A stretch of 64,000 nucleotides of DNA, taken from NCBI GenBank assembly GCA_964016885.1, contig OZ024762.1, positions 17,360,001 to 17,424,000 on the forward strand, written 5' to 3'. Below are positions 27,985 to 42,164 of this stretch, piece after piece. Position 1 is the stretch's first letter; each line of letters starts with the position of its first letter. This DNA comes from Eledone cirrhosa. Lineage: Eukaryota. The position numbers were made by a program, and so were the translations under genes. The notes below the pieces were generated by a model, which did no database searches, was not told where the DNA came from, and saw only the letters and a program-made list of their open reading frames with translations.

Positions 27985-28612
27985 TCCTAATATGCCTTCA
28001 CTGGGTCACGTAAGTCTCTCCTAGTCCTAATATATCTTCAGTGGGTCACACGTGTCTTCCCTTCTCTTAATATACCTTCACTGGGTCACGTAAGTCTCTC
28101 CTAGTCCTAATATACCTTCAGTGGGTCACACGTGTCTTCCCTTCTCTTAATATACCTTCACTGGGTCACACGTGTCTTCCCTTCTCCTAATATACCTTCA
28201 GTGGGTCACACGTGTCTTCCCTTCTCTTAATATACCTTCACTGGGTCACACGTGTCTTCCCTTCTCTTAATATACCTTCACTGGGTCACACGTGTCTTCC
28301 CTTCTCCTAATATACCTTCAGTGGGTCACACGTGTCTTCCCTTCTCTTAATATACCTTCACTGGGTCACACGTGTCTTCCCTTCTCTTAATATACCTTCA
28401 CTGGGTCACACGTGTCTTCCCTTCTCCTAATATACCTTCACTGGGTCACACGTGTCTTCCCTTCTCTTAATATACCTTCACTGGGTCACACGTGTCTTCC
28501 CTTCTCTTAATATACCTTCACTGGGTCACACGTGTCTTCCCTTCTCTTAATATACCTTCACTGGGTCACACGTGTCTTCCCTTCTCCTAATATATCTTCA
28601 CTGGGTCACTTA
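27985..28612. repeat. 40-bp minisatellite, ~15 copies
   Basis: Unit CTTCTCTTAATATACCTTCACTGGGTCACACGTGTCTTCC. Confidence 0.95.
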
Positions 28613-28660
28613 AGTCTTTATATAGCTACATTTGTCTTCTACTGTTCTCGTATCATGGTC

Positions 28661-28691
<31 letters not shown>

Positions 28692-28711
28692 CTCTGTGTG
28701 TGTGTGTGTGT

Positions 28712-28758
<47 letters not shown>

Positions 28759-28917
28759 GGAAAAGAGTCAGGACCCCAACGGCTGAGCTCCGGCCGTTTC
28801 GACAACTAAGTAGTGAGTACTCTGGTACGTTAGCGTCCACCTGGTAGCTTACCACACCATCTTTGTTATATATATGTATGTATATTTACATACATATACA
28901 TATGTGTGTGTGTGTGT

Positions 28918-28970
<53 letters not shown>

Positions 28971-29252
28971 TGTGTGTATGTGTATGTATATATGACATTT
29001 ATAAGCCGTCTGTTGTGATTACTTTGGGATGAAGCCTTTTAGTTAACAAGCGGCTGATCACATTAAGCAGCAGATATAAATGACATCATAAACATGTTTG
29101 CTTGGAACTCCCAACCTTTTGGATGCGACTATCAACGATAATGATATGATTATAATAACCGGCTTCCACTCTACATAGGCATTTTGACTCCATGTTTTGA
29201 AGAAAGACAGTATCGTCTTCACAAACATGTGCAAATGCACATATATAAATAG

Positions 29253-29292
<40 letters not shown>

Positions 29293-29460
29293 TTTCTTCA
29301 CCCTTTTCTTCACCCACCCCCACCACGGCTTCTTTCATTCATTAAACAATTCACTTCTCTCATTCATCAATGACCCCAATTCAACACACACACACACATA
29401 CACACACACATACACACACACAAACACATACACACACACACACATATATATACATACTTG

Positions 29461-29501
<41 letters not shown>

Positions 29502-29865
29502 ATATATAGTTGTATATATTTATATATATATATATATATATACATAGTTGTATATATTTATATATATATATATATATATATATACATAGTTGTATATATT
29601 TATATATATATATATATATATATATACATAGTTGTATATATTTATATATATATATATATATAATATATATATTATATATATATATATACATAGTTGTATA
29701 TATATATATACATAGTTGTATATATTTATATATATAATATTATATAGTTGTATATATTTATATATATATATATATATATAGTTGTATATATTTATATATA
29801 TAGATATATATACATAGTTGTATATATATATACATAGTTGTATATATTTATATATATATATATAC

Positions 29866-29967
29866 ACCGGGTGTCAAAAAAACAAAATGTATACACACTT
29901 CAACAGTATTCTAATAAATATTGCCTGTACAGGTAATCCAAATGTGTATACATTTTTTTGGAACAAC

Positions 29968-29970
<3 letters not shown>
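29866..29970. mobile_element. Tc1/mariner-like ~100-bp MITE
   Basis: TIR of type CAGGGTGTCCCAAAAATGTATACACA in TA context; copies at ~13738-13838 and ~34810-34880. Confidence 0.7.
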
Positions 29971-30001
<31 letters not shown>

Positions 30002-30009
30002 AAGGTATG

Positions 30010-30320
30010 TAGCACACTGGTTACAGTGTTGGATCTATAATGATGAACCCGGGGTGGGGTGGGGTGGCGGGGTGTGTCCTTAAGCAAGTCTCTTTATTTC
30101 ACGTTGATCCTCCTTCCCCCTCAGCTGGGAAACAAATTAGTAGTCGGACCTGTTACGTATTTCAGAGGAGGGGGGTCACAGCCTTGTTACACACTGTGTC
30201 ACACTGAATCTCCCTGAGAACTACGTTAAGGGTGGGTACATGTCCTCTGTGGAATGCTCAGCCACTTGCAAGTTAATTTCTCGAACAGGTGGTTCCAACA
30301 ACGGAAGAACAGCAACGATA
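30010..30320 (+). mobile_element. Second SINE family (tRNA-like head plus CORE-like block)
   Basis: TGTGTCCTTAAGCAAGTCTCTT resembles the CORE-SINE domain. A related head lies at ~45350-45445. Confidence 0.55.
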
Positions 30321-30474
30321 TGAGTATATATAAATATATATATAAATATATATATAAATATATATATAAATAAATATGCAAAAGTTCTATTTAAAATTGT
30401 TGGGATACAACAAGTAAATATTTTATAACTGATATAAAGCACTCGACAAGTTTTTGGAGCATTTATTAATATCG

Positions 30475-30533
<59 letters not shown>

Positions 30534-30626
30534 TATATATATAATAATGAAATTATTGTGTACAGTGCTTAGGTGCAATAATAACACATCAAAGGTGCAT
30601 GCATATATATATAAATATATATATAG

Positions 30627-30661
<35 letters not shown>

Positions 30662-30795
30662 ATACTAATAATAATGAAATTATTGTGTACAGTGCTTAGG
30701 TGCATGTATATATATATATATATATATATACATATATATAATAAAAATTATTGTGTACAGTGCTTAGGTGCACTACAACTCATCAAAGGTGCATG

Positions 30796-30850
<55 letters not shown>

Positions 30851-30956
30851 TATAATAAAAATGTTTGAAGAAACAGGGGGCTGTGTGGTTGCTAGATAAA
30901 GTGTATTTAGATATAAGAGGAAAGCACAAACGGGGGATATTTCCCTTGTGTGTGTT

Positions 30957-31020
<64 letters not shown>

Positions 31021-31064
31021 ATATATATATGTATATATATATATATATATATATGTTATACATA

Positions 31065-31111
<47 letters not shown>

Positions 31112-31677
31112 GTGTGTGTGTGTGTGTGTATAAATATATATATGTTATATTATATATATATGTGTGTGTGTGTGGTTGTGCATTCAAATATACATACATG
31201 AAGTCTTTCTTTCTAACCATTCATAAAATTATCTCAACCGCCCCACCACCACCACCACCACTACACCACCACCACCAACCACCACCAACTACACCACACA
31301 CCACCACCTACACCACCACCACCACCACCACTACAGCATTACACGTTACTCACATTTTCTACACACGTTTCTGTCGAAATAAATTATATTTGCACGTGAA
31401 TGGAGGGTTGGAAAACAGAGAAAAGAAAAAGAAAAAAAATCAAAAGGCGGCGGCTGGGTGGAGTTGAAGGGGGGGGGGTGCAACAAGAGGAAGAAGAGCA
31501 AGAAGGAAGAGGAAGTAAACAACGATAGTGCATTGTTTTTTTATTTGTATTTTTAAAGTGTATTTAGTTTTTAGTTATTTCTTTATATATTCGTAGTGAA
31601 AGTAAAGAGTTGATTGACTTAAAGGTGTGTGGAACTTATATGAATGAATGGGGGGGGGGGGATAAATGTCTTCATTC

Positions 31678-31686
31678 ACAACTACA

Positions 31687-31729
<43 letters not shown>

Positions 31730-31762
31730 GTTACTACTACTACTACTATTACTACTACTAGT

Positions 31763-31795
<33 letters not shown>

Positions 31796-31810
31796 CACTG
31801 CTGTTACTGT

Positions 31811-31847
<37 letters not shown>

Positions 31848-31851
31848 GTTG

Positions 31852-31912
<61 letters not shown>

Positions 31913-32875
31913 CAACCATTCATAGCTTTACCACTACCACAACAACCACCACTACTACTATTACTACCACTACCAACCATTCATACTACAACCACCACCA
32001 CAACTACCTCCACAACAACCACGACAACTACTACTATTACCAAATATTTACAACAAAGCTACAACCACTACTACCACCACCACTACCACCATTACAACTA
32101 CCACCACAAACACTACCACAACCACAACCACTACAACAACCACCACTATAACCAGCACCACCACCACCATAACCAGCACCACCACCACCACCACTACTAT
32201 TACTACCACTACCAGTACCACTTCCACTACCACAACCACCACAACCACCACTACTAATACTACTACCAGCACCACCACTACCACCACTACTACCACCACT
32301 ACTACCACCACTACTACCACCACTACTACCACCACTACTACCACCACCACCACCACCACCATAACCAGCACCACCACCACCACCACTACTATTACTACCA
32401 CTACCAGTACCACTTCCACTACCACAACCACCACAACCACCACTACTAATACTACTACCAGCACCACCACTACCACCACTACTACCACCACTACTACCAC
32501 CACTACTACCACCACCACCACTACCACCACTACTACCACCACCACCAATACCACTACTGCTACTACTACAACCAGTACCACTTCCACTACCACCACCACA
32601 ACCACCACAACCACAACCAATACTACTACCAGCACCACCACTACCACTACCACTACTACCACCACCACTACTACCACTACCACTACTACTGCCACCACCA
32701 CCAATACCACTACTGCTACTACTACAACCAGTACCACCACCAAAACCACCACCACCACAACCAATACTACTACCAGCACCACCACTACCACCACCACCAC
32801 TACCACCACTACTACCACCACCACTACCACCAACAATACCACTACTGCTACTACCAGTACTACTTCCACTACCAA
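31678..32875. repeat. (CTA)n/(CCA)n trinucleotide tract with higher-order duplication
   Basis: Direct inspection. Confidence 0.95.
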
Positions 32876-33033
32876 TATTTCAACCTTAACCATTCATCTA
32901 CAAGAGACAGGGAACACGTGTATCAACCGTATGTCCAGCTATAAAAAGACTGGGAGACATCACTGTAATGTTGGTGGGTGGTTACTAGTTTAACGTGGGT
33001 GGATTTATATATATATGTGTGTCTGTGTGTCTG

Positions 33034-33114
<81 letters not shown>

Positions 33115-33180
33115 AGTGTATATATATATATGTGTGTGTGTGTGTGTATATATATATATGTGTGTCTGCGCGTGTGTGTG

Positions 33181-33227
<47 letters not shown>

Positions 33228-33308
33228 GTGTGTGTGTAGTAGTGTAGTAGTGTATATATATGTGTGTGTGTGTAGTAGTGTATATATATATATGTATATG
33301 TGTGTGTG

Positions 33309-33339
<31 letters not shown>

Positions 33340-33386
33340 AGTAGTGTATATATATATATATATGTGTGTGTGTGTCTGTAGTAGTG

Positions 33387-33419
<33 letters not shown>

Positions 33420-34126
33420 AGTAGTATATATGTGTGTAGTAGTATATATGTGTGTAGTAGTATATATATGTGTAGTAGTATATATGTGTAGTAGTATATA
33501 TATGTGTGTGTAGTAGTATATAGATGTGTGTGTGTAGTAGTATATATATGTGTGTGTGTATATATATATGTGTGTATATGTATGTGTGTGTGTGTGTATA
33601 TATATGTGCGTGTGTGTGTGAGTATAGTAGTGTACATATATGTGTATGTGTGTGTGTGTGTAATATATAAAAAATATGTATATATAATATTTAAAATATA
33701 TATAATATAATATATATATACATGTATATATAAAAAATATCTATATATAATATATAAAATGTATATATATATATACACGCCACGTGTGTATACACATGTA
33801 TACGCACGGGGTGTTTTGGTTCTATATTTAGAAACCAATAATAGTAGAGATACTATAAATACTGCCATAGTAATAGGCATCAGTCAGTCAGCATAGAAAA
33901 CATACAACAACAACAGAAGCAGCAACAACAACAACAACAACAACAACAGCAACAACAACAACAACGACAGCAGCAGCAACAATAAGACGTAAGAATTTCG
34001 TGAGTACAATTATTTGGTGAAAGAATGTCGTCACAGAATGAGAGAATCAAAGATTAACAGAATGAATGAATGAATGACTTGAAAATTTGGTGAAATGAGA
34101 TCTAGTATTCGAACATACAAATAGAT

Positions 34127-34200
<74 letters not shown>

Positions 34201-34204
34201 GGAT

Positions 34205-34390
34205 AAAGTATGACCCCGACGGCAGAGCTCAAGCCGTTTCGGCGGCTATTTCTGGACCAGAAATAGCCGTCGAAACGGCTTCAGCTCTGCCCTCGGGGTC
34301 ATACTTTTTCCTATTACCCGCTCTACTACCCTAAGTATTGAGTACTCTGGTGCGTTATGGTCCATCTGGTTCCTTACCACAATTCCTTCG

Positions 34391-34392
<2 letters not shown>
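34205..34392. mobile_element. (TA)n-embedded short repeat, family C, with 51-bp fold-back
   Basis: Shares GACCCCGACGG..GAGCTC..GCCGTTTCG with 17710, 18002, 28762 and 37634, and the TGAGTACTCTGGT...CTTACCAC tail with 28815 and 39998. Confidence 0.7.
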
Positions 34393-34444
<52 letters not shown>

Positions 34445-34557
34445 ATAATAATAAATTTGAAGACTAAAATAGTTTCAGAAGATCCCGTTAAGGGTGAAAG
34501 CAGCGATTCTTTGCTTAAACTTTAATCTGTTATTTTAAGAAATATATATATATATAT

Positions 34558-34705
34558 ATTATTTCTGAAGACGGCATATATATGTGTTGGTATGTATATT
34601 TAATTTTGATAGTTTGTATAATTTTGTATAATTTTGTACATAGATCTGTTGAATATGCATGCCAATTCTAACACATATATATCCTAGAAACGATCGTTAA
34701 ATAAT
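34558..34705 (+). ncRNA. Type-I hammerhead motif with very long stem II
   Basis: Stem I ATTATTT/AAATAAT; CTGAAGA at 34565; GAAA at 34687; palindromic ACGATCGT; GUU triplet. Stem II has 13-bp and 15-bp helices. Confidence 0.65.
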
Positions 34706-34762
34706 GAACTTTTTTTGTTTAATATAAGGAACTGTTTCATTGTTTTATTCATTATTTTTTTA

Positions 34763-34813
<51 letters not shown>

Positions 34814-34879
34814 GGTGTCCCCAAAAATGTATACACACTTCAACAGCATTCTAATAAATATTGCCTGTCAGGTACCCTG

Positions 34880-34915
<36 letters not shown>

Positions 34916-34979
34916 ATGAGAGAGAGAGACAGACATATATACATACATACATATATATATATATTTTTTTTTTTTTAAA

Positions 34980-35124
34980 TTAAAATAACATATTAAAGTT
35001 TAAGCAAAGAATCGCTGCTTTCGCCCTTAACGGGATCTTCTCTACGGTTTTATATAATGTGATTTATATATTATCCCTATCGAGCCCTCTTCGGATTTTA
35101 GTCTTCACATTTATTATTATTACT
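34980..35124 (+). mobile_element. (TA)n-embedded short repeat, family B
   Basis: TTAAAATAACA.ATTAAAGTTTAAGCAAAGAATCG...TCGAGCCCTCTT...ATTTATTATTATTAC. Copies at ~5237, 34441(-), 36135(-), 38753, 61250(-). Confidence 0.7.
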
Positions 35125-35134
35125 ATATATATAT

Positions 35135-35169
<35 letters not shown>

Positions 35170-35321
35170 ATATATATACATATCTATCTCTCTCTCTATA
35201 TATATATATATCTGATATATACAATGATATGAAATATTTACTCCAGTTAACTGTTGGGTGCTCTAAATCAGTTATAAACATTTATGTTTGTCGGACTTCC
35301 AACAAATTAAATACAACTTCT

Positions 35322-35396
<75 letters not shown>

Positions 35397-35516
35397 GGAA
35401 AATCGACTAATTTTTAAATTGCATTTGTGATAATATTTTACACGTTTTTATTGTATGTAAACATCCCCCTTTGTATTTGTCCCCTTCTTGTGTGCCCCTG
35501 TAGCTAATAAAGAAAC

Positions 35517-35562
<46 letters not shown>

Positions 35563-36004
35563 CAAGCCTTCCGACACTAAGGGACGTTGGGGTGTTAAGC
35601 CCCTCCAATAATTGGTTCCAATATACTTGTGCTTAGTTTCTACTACACTGATTCCCTAATGACCCTAAATACCTGTAATTATGTCTTCAATGTCTTTCTT
35701 AGTCTCAGATTGCTGAATCAAAAGCTAAAACTACTAATAATTGTTTCTCCCATTGGCACAAGGCCAGAAATTACCCCAGTGTATTACTGGTACTTTATTT
35801 TATCGACCCCGTAAGGATGAAAGGCAAACTTAACCTCGGCGGGATTTGAACTCAGACCATAAAGGAGCGTAACTCTTTGCAGCAAAGCATGGCGTCCGAC
35901 CCTCTACCGATACTGCCAAGCCATAATAATAATAAAGCATATGAACAGTATATATATATGTGTGTGTCTGTGTGTATATATATGTGTGTGTGTATATATA
36001 TGTA

Positions 36005-36045
<41 letters not shown>

Positions 36046-36054
36046 ATATATATG

Positions 36055-36085
<31 letters not shown>

Positions 36086-36329
36086 ATGCATGTGTGTGTG
36101 TGTGCATGTATGTGTAGTATATGTGTATATGTAAGTATCAGAAAATCCCGTAATAAGGTAGAAGCAAAAATTCTTTGCTTAAACTTTAATCTGTACTTTA
36201 TATGTATGTATGTGTGTGTGTGTATGTATGTATGTATGTATGCATGTATGTATGTGTGTATGTATGCATGTATATATGTATGTATGTTTGTATGTATGTA
36301 TGTATGTATGTATGTATGTATGTATGTTT

Positions 36330-37592
36330 ATGTCAGGTCACCACTTGGTGCTACTGGTAACATGTATCCCAGTACAACCTGTCTCATGGTCGGGTCGTTG
36401 GCGACTAAACTGGCAACCCCACTAAGGTTTCTTGGTGAGGAGGGTGACTTTGGACATCCTGCAGGACTAAAAACAAAACCTGTCAAAGGGCAAAGGAGCT
36501 CTTAAGAGTCAATGGCCATCCAAAATCACCGGGAGAGATGACCCCTTAGCCTTTGTCAAGGCAGAATTCTAGGAGAAGGAAAACTCTGATATAACACCTG
36601 CAACCCTGATGGTATCCAATGATGTTGACTTGTTCTTCTTTTTGGTAAATATCATCTTGGTTAAGAGAGTGGGACTGGCTTTGTGCAGTGCCTTTGCTCA
36701 CTATAAAAGCTTCACGGCACAGGCATTGCTTTGTATCTGGAGATCTCTCTGCACTTGTCATTACATGGTACCATGGGCCCAGCACTATGTGTCAATAATT
36801 GTCACAAGTGTAGTGTTTGTACCAGAGTTTTCAAGTTGCTGGCTGGACTAAAAAGTCACACTCGTTCAGCGTATCGGTAGGGGTTCTCCTACATGGTTAT
36901 AAAGTAGTGGCCGTACTCGAAAACGAGTTGGCAGCCACCATGTATGTATGTATGTATATGTCGGGTCACTGTTGAATGCTACTGGTAACATGTAACCCAG
37001 TACAACCTGTCGCATGGTCGGGTCGTCGGCGACTAAACTGGCAACCTGGTGGGGAGGGTGATTTTGGAGACCCTGCAGGACAAAGCACAAAACCTGACAA
37101 AGGGCGGAAGAACTCATAAGAGTCAACGGCCATCTGAAAGTGTGTAAATATGTATATACACATGTACCGCGCGGTTAAACCACTGGGAGTGAAGGACCCC
37201 TAGCCTTTGTCAGGGCATTCTTCTAGGAGAAGGCAACTCAGGAAACTGGGATAACTCCAATATAAAACCTGCGGCTCAGTGGTTACCGATGATGTTGATC
37301 TTTTCTTCTTTTCGGGGGTTATAGCTACTGTCACTCAGAGAGTGGGATTGGCTCAGTGCACAGTCTTTCCTCACTTTAAAAAATATCTTCACGCACAGGC
37401 ATTGCACGATAGAATTAATTAATAATTATTAATAATGGTATATCGTGCAATGGCCATACTCGAAGACGAGGGGGCAGCCATCATGTATGTATGTATTATG
37501 TCAGGTCACTCGTGAGTGCTACTGGTAACATGTAACCCAGTACAATCTGGTCGGTTCGTTGGCGACTAAACCGGTGTATATCTATCTATCTA

Positions 37593-37633
<41 letters not shown>

Positions 37634-37691
37634 AAAGTCAGGGCCCCGACGACGGAGCTCCGGCCGTTTCGACAGCTAGATCCGAACAGTT

Positions 37692-37758
<67 letters not shown>

Positions 37759-38364
37759 GTCAGGTCACCAGTTGGTGCTACTGGTAACATGTATCCCAGT
37801 ACAATCTGTCCCATGGTCGGGTCGTTGGCGACTAAACTGGCAACCCCACCAAGGTTTCTTGGTGAGGTGGGTGACTTTGGACATCCTGCAGGACTAAAAA
37901 CAAAACCTGTCAAAGGGGAAAGGAGCTCTTAAGAGTCAATGGCCATCCAAAATCACCCGGAGAGATGACCCCTTAGCCTTTGTCAAGGCAGAATTCTAGG
38001 AGAAGGAAAACTCTGATATAATACCTGCAACCCTGATGGTATCCAATGATGTTGACTTGTTCTTCTTTTTGGTAAATATCATCTTGGTTAAGAGAGTGGG
38101 ACTGGCTTTGTGCAGTGCCTTTGCTCACTATAAAAGCTTCACGGCACAGGCATTGCTTTATATCTGGAGATCTCTCTGCACTTGTCGTCACATGGTACCA
38201 TGGGCCCAGCACTATGTGTCAATAATTGTCACAAGTGCAGTGTTGTACCAGAGTTTTCAAGTCGCTGGCTGGACTAAAAAGTCACACTTGTTCAGCGCAT
38301 CGGAAGGGATTCTCATACATGGATATACAGTAGTGGCCGTACTCGAAAACGAGTTGGCAGCCAG
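36330..38364 (+). mobile_element. Tandem cluster of short non-autonomous retroelements ending in (ATGT)n
   Basis: ~610-bp near-identical copies at 36330-36940 and 37757-38364, a diverged relative at 36960-37482 and a truncated one at 37499-37573. All start GTC(A/G)GGTCAC; full copies contain CTAGGAGAAGG(A/C)AACTC, which resembles RTE 5' UTRs. Confidence 0.7.
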
Positions 38365-38417
38365 TATGTATGTATGTATACATACATACATACATACAGA
38401 CAGACATACAGACAGAC

Positions 38418-38479
<62 letters not shown>

Positions 38480-38560
38480 AGGAACTAACATCACACGTCC
38501 AGCCGGTCCTTTCTATCAAGAAAAGTAACCCTTTACCAAACTTAAAGTTTTACAGGTTTA

Positions 38561-38611
38561 CCGTCTGAGGAGCTCAGGTTGTCATAACTGATAGCGAAAT
38601 ATATATAAAGG
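38561..38611 (+). ncRNA. Type-I hammerhead motif (stem I one mismatch)
   Basis: CCGT-CTGAGGA-GCTCAG...CTG-AT-AGC-GAAA-TATATA-TA-AAGG, followed by AATAAA. Module bounded by (TA)n. Confidence 0.65.
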
Positions 38612-38648
38612 ATTTTAATAAACCTAAACCAAATGACTATGGCCTCGG

Positions 38649-38758
<110 letters not shown>

Positions 38759-38918
38759 TAACAGATTAAAGTTTAAGCAAAGAATCGCTGCTTTCACCCT
38801 TTGCTTAAACTTCAATCTGTTATTTTAATAAATATTTGCTCTACGGTTCTTATATATTTTATATATATTTATCCTTATCGAGCCCTCTTTGGATTTTAGT
38901 CTTCAAATTTATTATTAT

Positions 38919-39023
<105 letters not shown>

Positions 39024-39344
39024 GTGAAGTTGGAAATAGCACAGAAAAAATATTTAAGGGTCTGTTTTTCTTTTTTCTCCCTTTCTTTGATTCGTCGAAG
39101 TGACATTATTGAAAGGATGACATTATTGAAAAAATGAGAGGGACAATTCTTTTAAAAAAGAGTTTTATAATGTATATAAAGTATATAATGTATATAAAGT
39201 ATAATCGGTTTCGATGTATTAGTAAAGTCCATCTTATCAAATGTTGAGTATTACAATTAAAAAGAATTAATAAGAATTAAAAACTAAAAATTAAAGATTT
39301 AAAATTAAGTGTTGAGGTAAGTTTTTTCCATCTTCCATAAGATA

Positions 39345-39990
39345 ACTTTCTTTTTATTTGCCACCAGGGCATCAAAAAGTGGGACAAGTACAATGGGGAG
39401 AGTTTACATAAAAAGGCGTCCTCAATAAGGAGGAGGCAATAACAAGATATAAAAATAAAATAAAATATAACAAAAATAAATTTAATAACAAAATCCTCAA
39501 TAGGGAGGAGGCGCCTTGGGGGGTCGCGCACACCCCCGAAAAAAAGTGTGCAAAGAGGGGGTGCTCCCTTGATTTTTCATCTTCCTCACCTATAGTCTGA
39601 TGTAGAGTGAAGGCCCATTCACACGGGCCATTCTCGCCACTTTCACCCATCTTTCATAAAAACGGCTGGGGTGCAGCACCTCTCTCTCCATCCTTATCCT
39701 TCTTCCGAAATGATATCGGAAGAAACGGACCAGTTGTTGGCCAGAGAGAAAGGTGTCTGACCTCAGTCCTTTCAGACGTGTCCACCATACAACCTCTTTC
39801 GCCATGACTATTACGCACAGAAACACCGCCTCTCCTTCGTTTTTGAAGAGGGGAGGCGGCTTGATCGTTACAATAGACTCGGTGGTCAACCGGGTCGGTC
39901 CCACCCTTGACAGCAGTTGTTCGACATAGCCCCACAGATCGGCAATGCCCGAGCAGTGTACCAATGCGTGTGCAACGGTTTCCTCGTTTC
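39345..39990 (-). mobile_element. Tx1/L1-like LINE 3' end (ORF2 C-terminal Zn-knuckle region plus 3' UTR)
   Basis: HALVHCSGIADLW and MAKEVVWWTR resemble the Tx1-type ORF2 C-terminus; AATAAA and an A-rich end follow. Confidence 0.6.
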
Positions 39991-40080
39991 CTACTCGTTC
40001 CTATTACCCACTCTACTACCCTAAGTATTGAGTACTTTGGTGCGTTATGGTCCACCTGGTTCCTTACCACATTTCCTTCG

Positions 40081-40121
<41 letters not shown>

Positions 40122-40181
40122 TGTGTGTATGTATGTTTTTATATATGAATATATGAATTTGTTTTGCAACCTCTTTTTGTA

Positions 40182-40413
40182 GGCTTTTGAGACTTCCCCC
40201 GGAGAGACTGGCGAACCAAGTACTTAAATTGAACCCACAGGGAAGCAGACGGAGAGGGCGACCCAAAATGAACTGGCGCCAGACAGTTGAGAGGGACCTG
40301 CGAGCGACAAACAGACAATGGCGGGACACTGTGCAACTGGCTGCTGACCGAACGCGGTGGAACACTATGATTGCCTCATGCGTCGCAAGACGCGGGAGCT
40401 TCTGAGTCTGAGT
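40182..40413 (+). mobile_element. RTE-like LINE 3' end fragment
   Basis: PQGSRRRGRPKMNWRQTVERDL...AADRTRW, then a (TGAGTC)2 tail. Confidence 0.8.
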
Positions 40414-40414
40414 C

Positions 40415-41172
40415 GTACAGTGCACTCTACATGTGAATGGAGTTCCACTGAAGCAGGTAGAGAAGTTCAAGTATCCCGGGGCCGTGTTCACAAGGGATGG
40501 AAGACAGGTGGCTGAATTAAGTGCAAGAATTGCAGGAACTGGTGCAGTAATGCGCCAGATGCAGCATTCAGTAATCAGAAGGGAGGTGGCTGTAAAAGCC
40601 AAACTTGTTATCTTCAATTTGTTATTCGTGCCAACCCTTATCTGTGGTCATGAATCTTGAGTAATAACCGAAAGAATATAGTTGCGAATAAAGGGTCTTT
40701 GGAATAATGTTACTTGATACAGTACGTAGCTCGGAGATCTGAGAGTCACTCCAGGTAGGGCCGCTACTTCTCTGAATTGAGAGATCACAGCTCTGATACT
40801 ATGGACATGTGGTTAGAATGTCTCAGGAAAGAATCACTGGACAGATTTGTAGCTCGGAGATCAGAGAGTCACTCCAGGTAGAGCTGCTACTTCTCTAAAT
40901 TGAGAGATCACAGCTCTGATACTATGGACATGTGGTTAGAATGTCTCAGGAAAGAATCGCTGGACAGATTTTACAGGCAAAACCAATCGGCAGGTCACCC
41001 AGGGGTAGACCTCGAGCAAGATAGTTGAATAACATCCATGAGCTTGGCTGGTCTCGCTTGGAGATCCAACCGGATCAGTTGGAGACGGTTGCGTCAGTCA
41101 GGGCCCGCTGAAGAGTGTGCTTGAGAATTCAGCCCTCACGAACCTCTCAGGAATAAGTGGGTGAAGAAGATG
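40415..41172 (+). mobile_element. Degenerate RTE family 2 fragment
   Basis: NGVPLKQVEKFKYPG...PTLICGHES; stops and frameshifts; one internal 123-bp duplication; GAAGAAGA tail. Confidence 0.82.
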
Positions 41173-41175
41173 GAT

Positions 41176-41283
41176 TACCGTATGTCCCGGCGCCGAAGAC
41201 GCTTCGTCCTCCGGTACGTATGGTAGATTTTTTAGACTTATTTTAGGAAAAAAATAGCGTCTTCGATGCCGGGAAATATGGTA
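41176..41283. mobile_element. pogo/Tigger-like MITE
   Basis: TA-CCGTATGTCCCGGCGCCGAAGACGC ... GCGTCTTCGATGCCGGGAAATATGG-TA inverted repeats. Confidence 0.7.
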
Positions 41284-42164
41284 TTTAGATTAGATTATAA
41301 ATTGGTTGTCTCCCTTACCAAGCGTTGAATTTTGTGGGGGAAATAACCCTGTTTGGCAGTTTACCTTTGCCAGTGAGCTGTTACTTGGTGTACATGAACA
41401 ACCGTCGACTTGCTAGAAACAGCAGTTAAATCGCTCTCAAATTACACCATTATGTCATTAAAAAAGAGAAAGACACATATGATAATATAAACGTAATCTT
41501 AGATATCGTCTGCTTAAATAAAAAAGGTCGTAACCTATGATGGAGTCGTAGAGACGCCGTACTTACATATAGTGTGTCTTGGGCATTTTTAAAACCTGGC
41601 GGAGCCCATTTCTTCTCCAGGGTTGTACGCAACCGATTTCTTCTAGACAGTGAGAAAGAGATATAGATTGGTAGTTTATTTTATCGACCTCGAAAGGATG
41701 AAAGGCAAAATTGATCTTGGCGCGATTTGAACTCTCAAAATATAACAGAGAGCCAGAACAAATAACAGAACATTCTATTTGATGTTCTAGAGACTCCTAA
41801 CTCCCGGGACTCGAATAAACATCCCCCCACCCCACCCACATATTGATTTTTTTTTTAGATACCCCACCCCACCCACCCCATCTTATTAAATTTTTCTAAT
41901 CTATCTCCGACGAAATTTTATTTTAAGTAACAGCATTCCTACGACAATTAATTTTCTACATTACGATAAATCGCATACGTTATTTATAAAAAATAAATAG
42001 AATAAGTTGAGGTCTCAGAACGACTAATTCTGTTTTTTTTAAATCAACGGAGACAACCTAGCAAATTTATCGATTTTTCACCCCCACCCTGCTTATTTCA
42101 ACTCATCTTATCCCCCTATTGTTTGGGACCCGAGAGTATGTTTATAGAATTAAGGTTTAAAAAA

